64,000 nt of DNA from Candidatus Delongbacteria bacterium (GTDB taxonomy: Bacteria > CAIWAD01). Made by a program: the position numbers and the translations under genes. The stretch is from assembly GCA_963663545.1 (NCBI GenBank), contig OY760505.1, positions 1,344,001 through 1,408,000 of the forward strand, given 5' to 3'. Positions 58,791 to 64,000 of this stretch are shown here, in pieces; the stretch's first letter is position 1; each line of letters begins with the position of its first letter. The notes below the pieces were generated by a model. That model ran no database searches, had not been told where the DNA came from, and worked only from the letters and a program-made list of their open reading frames with translations.

Positions 58791-59620
58791 CAGTCTCCCC
58801 TTCGGCAGACATAGTGAACACGGTCGTCGCGCTCGCTACCACGACGAAAACCGAATTCCGCGAATCCGCCAAGCAACTCTAATCCGGCCTCATCAATCGC
58901 CCGCTCGACTTCTCGCAAAGAGTAGATTCGCTGCTCATGGTGTGCACGATTAACACGCTTTCGTTTTGTATCACGAACAACGAACTCGTTGTACTGAATG
59001 CGCTTCTGTTCGTGATACCAACTATGGCGATGAAATGACCACGGCCCCAGCGAAGCCTCATCTTCGTAATTCAAGAAGTGCGTTCGGCTATTGCGCTCCG
59101 TGCAGACATCAAAAATCAGCAGGCCGTGGGATTGAAGGCAGGCCCGCAGATTCCGCAAGCCCTGCACAAGCTGCGGCAGCTCCAGCAAATAGTTGATGGA
59201 GTCGTAAAGGCAGGTGACCAGCTGTACCGGCTTCTCCCAGCTGAAGTCCAGCAGGTCACAGCGTCGCAGGAGCACCTTGCGATTCGTCCATGGACAAACA
59301 AGCACAGCGCTCTCGAAATTTCCCTGCGGTTCGAGGCGCATCGGATCGCCGCCTGAAATCCTTTCTGCGGCCAGCTCGAGCATGGCTGCGGAACGATCCA
59401 TACCAGCCAACTCGAGCCCGGGCAGCGCAAGCTCAAGAAGAAAGCGACCTGTTCCACAAGCCGTGTCCAGGCAGGAAGTCAGCGAACCTTCCCCGTGTCG
59501 CTTCCAGATCTGATTCACGTAGCTCGCCCATTCGCTGTAGGGAACGTGATCCATCATACGGTCATAGAAGCTGGCGATGCTGTGATACGGATCCTTGCCG
59601 TTCGTGATCATCTGACTCAT
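58790..59620 (-). CDS. Class I SAM-dependent methyltransferase
   Basis: 'A.FYD.MM....Y..W', 'D.ACGTG', 'D.S..ML', 'DSINY'. Confidence 0.9.
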   Translation of the reverse strand: MSQMITNGKDPYHSIASFYDRMMDHVPYSEWASYVNQIWKRHGEGSLTSCLDTACGTGRFLLELALPGLELAGMDRSAAMLELAAERISGGDPMRLEPQGNFESAVLVCPWTNRKVLLRRCDLLDFSWEKPVQLVTCLYDSINYLLELPQLVQGLRNLRACLQSHGLLIFDVCTERNSRTHFLNYEDEASLGPWSFHRHSWYHEQKRIQYNEFVVRDTKRKRVNRAHHEQRIYSLREVERAIDEAGLELLGGFAEFGFRRGSERDDRVHYVCRRGD

Positions 59621-60657
59621 CCGTGCTGATTCTCTGAAGGTGGCAACTGGGGGTCCGGATTCTGAGCTAGCTGCTCCAAGTAGTGCTCAAGCCGCTCGCG
59701 AACGGAAGCCTCGGTTGTCAGTGTTACAAGCTCAGCACGCAATTGTCGCATGCCGGGCACTTCGCGCAAATATCCAGGATACATCTTCCGCATCTCGAGT
59801 ACAGCGCGAAGCTCGCCCTTGTGCTCCACCGCCAAGGAAAGGTGCTCCAGGCAAACACGCACGCGATCACTGATATCGGGCAAAGGAAGATCCCGGCCCT
59901 CGTCCAACCAGGCACGACAACGGGCAAACAGCCAGGGATTATGCATCACGCCACGACCGATCATCACTGCGTGACACCCCGTGTGTTCGAACATGCGCTG
60001 CGCGTCCTGCGGGGTCAGCACGTCACCGTTTCCGATGACGGGAATCTCCAGTGCCTCGCGTACGCGCGCGATCCAATCCCAATCGGCCAGCCCCGTGTAC
60101 TTCTGACAACGTGTGCGTCCATGAATGGCCACCGCCTCGATGCCGATATCCTGCAGTCGCTGACAGATTTCGACCACATTAATACTGTCGTGATCCCAGC
60201 CCAGGCGCAGTTTTGCGGTCACCGGAATATCAACGGCTTCGCGCACAGCACGTGCGATAGCCAGCAGGCGCTCTGGATCACGCATCAACTGGCTACCCGC
60301 GCCTCCGCCGGTGACCTTGCGCACCGGACAGCCGAAGTTGATATCGACGATGTCGGGTTCGCCCTCAATCAGTCTGCGCGCTGCATCGGCCATACGCTCT
60401 GGATCACGACCGAAGATCTGCACTCCGGCGGGACGTTCATCTTCAGCGAGACTGATCTTGCGCGCGGTTCGTCCCGCCATACGCACCAGACCTTCACTGC
60501 TAGTAAATTCGGTGTAGACCAGGTCAGCGCCCAGACGACGACAGATGCGACGGAAAGGCTGATCCGTGTAGCCTTCCATTGGCGCCAGCAGAAGTCCATT
60601 GGTGATACAGAGACTTCCAATTTTCAGGATTCGGGTTTCATTCAACATGGGGCACAA
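59617..60657 (-). CDS. dusB: tRNA-dihydrouridine synthase B
   Basis: 'LAPMEG.TD.PFR', 'DINFGCP', 'HGRT', 'GNGD', 'MIGRG'. Confidence 0.92.
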   Translation of the reverse strand: MCPMLNETRILKIGSLCITNGLLLAPMEGYTDQPFRRICRRLGADLVYTEFTSSEGLVRMAGRTARKISLAEDERPAGVQIFGRDPERMADAARRLIEGEPDIVDINFGCPVRKVTGGGAGSQLMRDPERLLAIARAVREAVDIPVTAKLRLGWDHDSINVVEICQRLQDIGIEAVAIHGRTRCQKYTGLADWDWIARVREALEIPVIGNGDVLTPQDAQRMFEHTGCHAVMIGRGVMHNPWLFARCRAWLDEGRDLPLPDISDRVRVCLEHLSLAVEHKGELRAVLEMRKMYPGYLREVPGMRQLRAELVTLTTEASVRERLEHYLEQLAQNPDPQLPPSENQHG

Positions 60658-60672
60658 AGTAGGGATGAGTTC

Positions 60673-63330
60673 TCAGAAGGAATAGCCAAGCTCGGACCAG
60701 ATTCGCCAGCGCGGTGTTCGCGGGTCCAACTCGTGCTGAGTCAGCACGGCCACTCCCAGGCTAAGCTCACCGACAATAGAACCGATACTCAGGCTTGAAG
60801 AAAACTCCTGTGATACATCGCTCACACGCATGAAGGGACTCGAATTGTGTGCCAGGCCAAGCAGCGTATAGTGGCCACTAAGGTACAAACCGCCCATTTC
60901 GGTATCGAAAACTCTTGGTCGGTACTCCAGCCCTAGACCCGCAGCCTGCCTTCCATTGATTTGATTGGGCCTAAGACTGCGCAGCCAGGTATCGCCTCCA
61001 AACTCAAAACGCTCGCTGGGCAGCTGGCTGTCACCGATACCGTAGAACAGCGTTGAGTGAAACGTGTGCCGCTTCCACAACGTACGCCAGCTATCAAAGT
61101 GAAGTCCTGCGCGATAGAAGGGCGGCAAATCATCCTCATTCGGAAAAGCGCTGATATACTCAACGATGTGATACTCACCGTTGCAGGTCAGCTGAGCTGT
61201 ATCACGGCTATCGACAACACTCTGCAGTCGAAAGCGTCCGAACTCAAAGCGATCTTCGTTGTCATTCAGGATCTCATCGCGCACTTCAACAGATGTGGCA
61301 AAGTACACCGTCCCCAGCCGTGCAATCTGTTGTCCCAGACTGAACTCGGCGTTCCAATGCCTGCGATCAACCATGTGCCCGTCTATTCCGTACATCATGA
61401 TGAAACGTTGGCGTTGCTGCTCCAACGTCAAACGCGCGGTAAGCAGTGTTCGCCAAATGCGGTCCATTTCCAGACGCACACGGTAGTGTTGCTCACGTAG
61501 TCCGATGGCAGTAAAGAGCTCGGTACGCAGCATGGCAGGGCTGACACCTTCCCACAGCAGTTCGCTGAAAGCTTTACCGTACCAGACGCTGCTATAACGG
61601 AGCCCTGCGCGTAACACGGGAAACTCTCGCGCCCTGGCGCGGAGCTCGACAATGTTCTTTCCCTCTTCGCGCAATAGGCGGTAGTACACCTGGTAATACA
61701 AATCTGAGCCGAAGAGACGCCGGACGGAACGATCCGCCAAGCTTTGCTGAAACACCTCACCACGGCGCGGACGGAACTCCTGGCGCATGTTGCGTCGAAT
61801 CGTGGGGCTATCGCAGGAAAGGCGAACCTCGTGCACAATACCCGGCCGGAACTGTAACACGGCGCAGGTTCCCTCCAACCAGGCACTGTCCAGATCCGCA
61901 AAGCTGCAGCCCTGCGACCGAAGTTCAATCAACAGGCTATCGCTGAATTCCCGCAACTTTGATGTATCACACAGGCGCGCCGGAATAAGCGGCTTGCGCA
62001 AATCGGTTCGCGGAAAAATGGCCTCAAGCCCACGCAAATCGATTTCGGTAATCAATGGCTGGTGTTTGTAGCTGCACTGTAACACGCGCAAACTGTCCTG
62101 CTGAACCAGGTCCAAATCAACGCGCTGAAGACGACCGTCGTGACGGGCCTTGTTCAGCCAAACCTCCAGATCCCGACGACAGGCAACTCCATCACAGCCA
62201 CGAAGAAAGGCTACTAGGTCTTCGCCTGCACAATGTACGGGTGGTGATACATGAACGTCGCGACGCAGTTGCAAATCATCCCACCGCAGGCTGTCCATGG
62301 ACTGTTCGTCGGCAAACGCAAGCAACTCCTGCAGTCCCGGTAAAGCCTGTTGCATTGCCAGGCGGCCTTCTTCAACCATGCGGGGACGCTGATCAAGATC
62401 ATCCAGCAACACATGGCCAAGTGCAGGCCGTATGACAACATCCGCCTGACTAAGACTGCGTTGATTGTATTCGCGCTGCATAATCGTGACCACCTGGTCG
62501 GCCACTTCCCAAGCCTGCTGTAACTCATCCCGCTTGCGCAATGGGCTGGTGGCATCTACCACAAGCACTACGTCTGCGCCAAGGTCTCGGGCAACCTGCA
62601 CCGGGATGTTGCTGGTAATGCCGCCATCAATCAGCAACAGACTATCGCGTTGCACGGGTTGAAACAAGATGGGTACGGATGAAGAGGCGAGTAGCGCTTC
62701 GGCCAGATCACCGTCTGCCAGTACAACGGGGCGTCCGTGCACCAGATCCGTAGCGACAGCTCGGAAAGGAACTCGAAGCTCGTCGAAATCGCCAAAGGCC
62801 TGCTGTGGTGCACGCCCCACCATGGCAGCGAGTACTTCACTGAGCTTCTGGCCGCTGGTAAGACTGCTGCGAATAACGGGTCGGGTTCCATTGAAGCGAA
62901 TTTGCGCGAGATGGCGATCTGAAATTTCTTTGCGGCCGGTGTACATCAAGCGACGATCTGGTGTATCACGCAGCAAATCGCTCCAGTCGAGATTCCCAAC
63001 CAGACTGTCTATCTCGGCAGGCGAGTAGCCAGCGGCGTACAGGCCCCCAACCAGCGCCCCCATTGACGTCCCGACAACGCAGTGGAGAGTGATGCCAGCT
63101 TCTTCGAGGACGTGTAACACACCAATTTGTGCCAGCCCACGGCTACCACCGCCGCTCAAGACCAAACCAATATGAGGACCTGAGTTGTCAGCGTCAGACG
63201 GACCTTCACTCAGACAAGAATGCAGGCTAGAGCTCTGCCAGTGCCAGGAATACAGGCCCTGTACATCACGAGCCAGTAGACTGTGACACACCACGAGAAA
63301 CAGAAGCAGGTTTCGCAACAGGGAAAGCAC
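60673..63330 (-). CDS. Patatin-like phospholipase with POTRA and Omp85-like barrel (PlpD-type)
   Basis: 'LSGGGSRG', 'GTSMG', 'DGG'; POTRA-like segments; terminal 'LGYSF'. Confidence 0.88.
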   Translation of the reverse strand: MLSLLRNLLLFLVVCHSLLARDVQGLYSWHWQSSSLHSCLSEGPSDADNSGPHIGLVLSGGGSRGLAQIGVLHVLEEAGITLHCVVGTSMGALVGGLYAAGYSPAEIDSLVGNLDWSDLLRDTPDRRLMYTGRKEISDRHLAQIRFNGTRPVIRSSLTSGQKLSEVLAAMVGRAPQQAFGDFDELRVPFRAVATDLVHGRPVVLADGDLAEALLASSSVPILFQPVQRDSLLLIDGGITSNIPVQVARDLGADVVLVVDATSPLRKRDELQQAWEVADQVVTIMQREYNQRSLSQADVVIRPALGHVLLDDLDQRPRMVEEGRLAMQQALPGLQELLAFADEQSMDSLRWDDLQLRRDVHVSPPVHCAGEDLVAFLRGCDGVACRRDLEVWLNKARHDGRLQRVDLDLVQQDSLRVLQCSYKHQPLITEIDLRGLEAIFPRTDLRKPLIPARLCDTSKLREFSDSLLIELRSQGCSFADLDSAWLEGTCAVLQFRPGIVHEVRLSCDSPTIRRNMRQEFRPRRGEVFQQSLADRSVRRLFGSDLYYQVYYRLLREEGKNIVELRARAREFPVLRAGLRYSSVWYGKAFSELLWEGVSPAMLRTELFTAIGLREQHYRVRLEMDRIWRTLLTARLTLEQQRQRFIMMYGIDGHMVDRRHWNAEFSLGQQIARLGTVYFATSVEVRDEILNDNEDRFEFGRFRLQSVVDSRDTAQLTCNGEYHIVEYISAFPNEDDLPPFYRAGLHFDSWRTLWKRHTFHSTLFYGIGDSQLPSERFEFGGDTWLRSLRPNQINGRQAAGLGLEYRPRVFDTEMGGLYLSGHYTLLGLAHNSSPFMRVSDVSQEFSSSLSIGSIVGELSLGVAVLTQHELDPRTPRWRIWSELGYSF

Positions 63331-63483
63331 GACTCACCGCAGAGGTTACCAGAGTTCAAAACAAGTACCAGCGTGAGTTCAGCTTATGTTATTCCCCTTG
63401 TACGGACAAGCGACGTCCAGTGCACAAAAACACCGCCACAGCATCACACCGGGCGGTATTGAAGAGTGACTGGTGCCACGAGC

Positions 63484-64000
63484 TCATTTCAGCAGTGTGA
63501 TACGTGTGACGCTCCTCCGGCCGGATCCTTCCAGCGCCAACAGATAGGAGGCCGCAGGCTGAACTCCCAGATCGATGCTCCGCTCATAGACACCTGCCGA
63601 AAGGCCCTCCTCATGCAGGACGGCCAGACGATGTCCCAGGATGTCGTACAGCACCAAACGTGCTTCTCCGGGCTCGTCCACGCTGAAACGTACCGTGCAG
63701 GACGGATTGAAAGGATTTGGCCAGACACCATCCAGGCCAAAGCTCTCGCTCCTTGTCCGGGGTTCAGCCAAAGCCGTACCTGCATTTCCCGCCTGCGGAT
63801 TCAACTCAGGACTCCACGCCTCCGGAGAATGCCCTTCCCCGGTACGGACTAGGCTTTGACCACTTTCCACATCCGGAGCATAAGCGCCCTCCGGCCAAAG
63901 ACCAAGCTCCACCGCCTGGCTTTCCCAGCTGTGCCCGGGTTGTCCGTACTCCATGTAATCGACAAGGAAGTCGACCTGCTGCTGATCACTGCTCCACAGG
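63484..64000 (-). CDS. C-terminal fragment of a secreted protein with type-A-like CTD (starts beyond window)
   Basis: 'VWPNPFNP....F.....LYDILG.....Y.L.L.......TLLK'; frame appears open to the window edge. Confidence 0.75.
   Translation of the reverse strand, partial: LWSSDQQQVDFLVDYMEYGQPGHSWESQAVELGLWPEGAYAPDVESGQSLVRTGEGHSPEAWSPELNPQAGNAGTALAEPRTRSESFGLDGVWPNPFNPSCTVRFSVDEPGEARLVLYDILGHRLAVLHEEGLSAGVYERSIDLGVQPAASYLLALEGSGRRSVTRITLLK

Larger units (their letters stand above)
693..62969. repeat. Dispersed, highly over-represented octamer TGTATCAC/GTGATACA (plus variants TGTAACAC, TGTGTCAC, NGTATCAC)
   Basis: About 83 exact copies by manual scan (about 52 TGTATCAC and 31 GTGATACA on +), e.g. 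693, 1184, 1475, 2429, 7042, 7147, 16943, 22216, 22249, 52958, 52967, 62962. Confidence 0.9.

Noticed and set aside
59683..60798. 371-aa + strand ORF
   Set aside because: Antisense shadow of dusB with no recognisable motifs; same for 40784-41647, 42179-43078, 34276-35139 and 23657-24328.
693..62969. Octamer as an ordinary transcription-factor site (CRP/NtcA-like) or strict Chi/KOPS
   Set aside because: Mostly intragenic single half-sites, too many for a regulon; strand split of about 52:31 is weak for a strongly polar motif, though this needs whole-genome testing.

Overview
GC-rich bacterial chromosomal window, gene-dense and mostly minus-strand. Type IX-secretion-style C-terminal sorting domains, a PorP/SprF-like barrel, DUF4175/DUF4159 and clear Shine-Dalgarno sites suggest an FCB-superphylum lineage outside classical Bacteroidota (inference only). 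Contents: (i) a ~21 kb co-directional run (23470->2270) with redoxins, a secreted CTD protein, a barrel, selA-djlA-selB and a tightly coupled envelope operon (type-B CTD adhesin, PorP-like barrel, ExbB, two ExbD, TonB-like, TPR, FGE-domain protein); (ii) an aminotransferase followed by a ~1.1 kb non-coding interval; (iii) MacAB-TolC plus a two-component pair; (iv) FGE protein, DEAD-box helicase, PAS hybrid kinase; (v) DUF4175/DUF4159/surA; (vi) a polysaccharide cluster; (vii) ftsEX-like, methyltransferase, dusB, patatin-POTRA barrel. No rRNA, tRNA, CRISPR or mobile element was seen. Two signals are not explained by the gene calls. First, the octamer TGTATCAC/GTGATACA occurs about 80 times (manual count; about 2 expected at uniform composition), in several frames and on both strands. 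Second, the non-coding interval holds two paralogous-looking structured RNA candidates, each behind a sigma-54 -24/-12 consensus and sharing motifs and architecture. All product calls come from motif recognition, not database searches.
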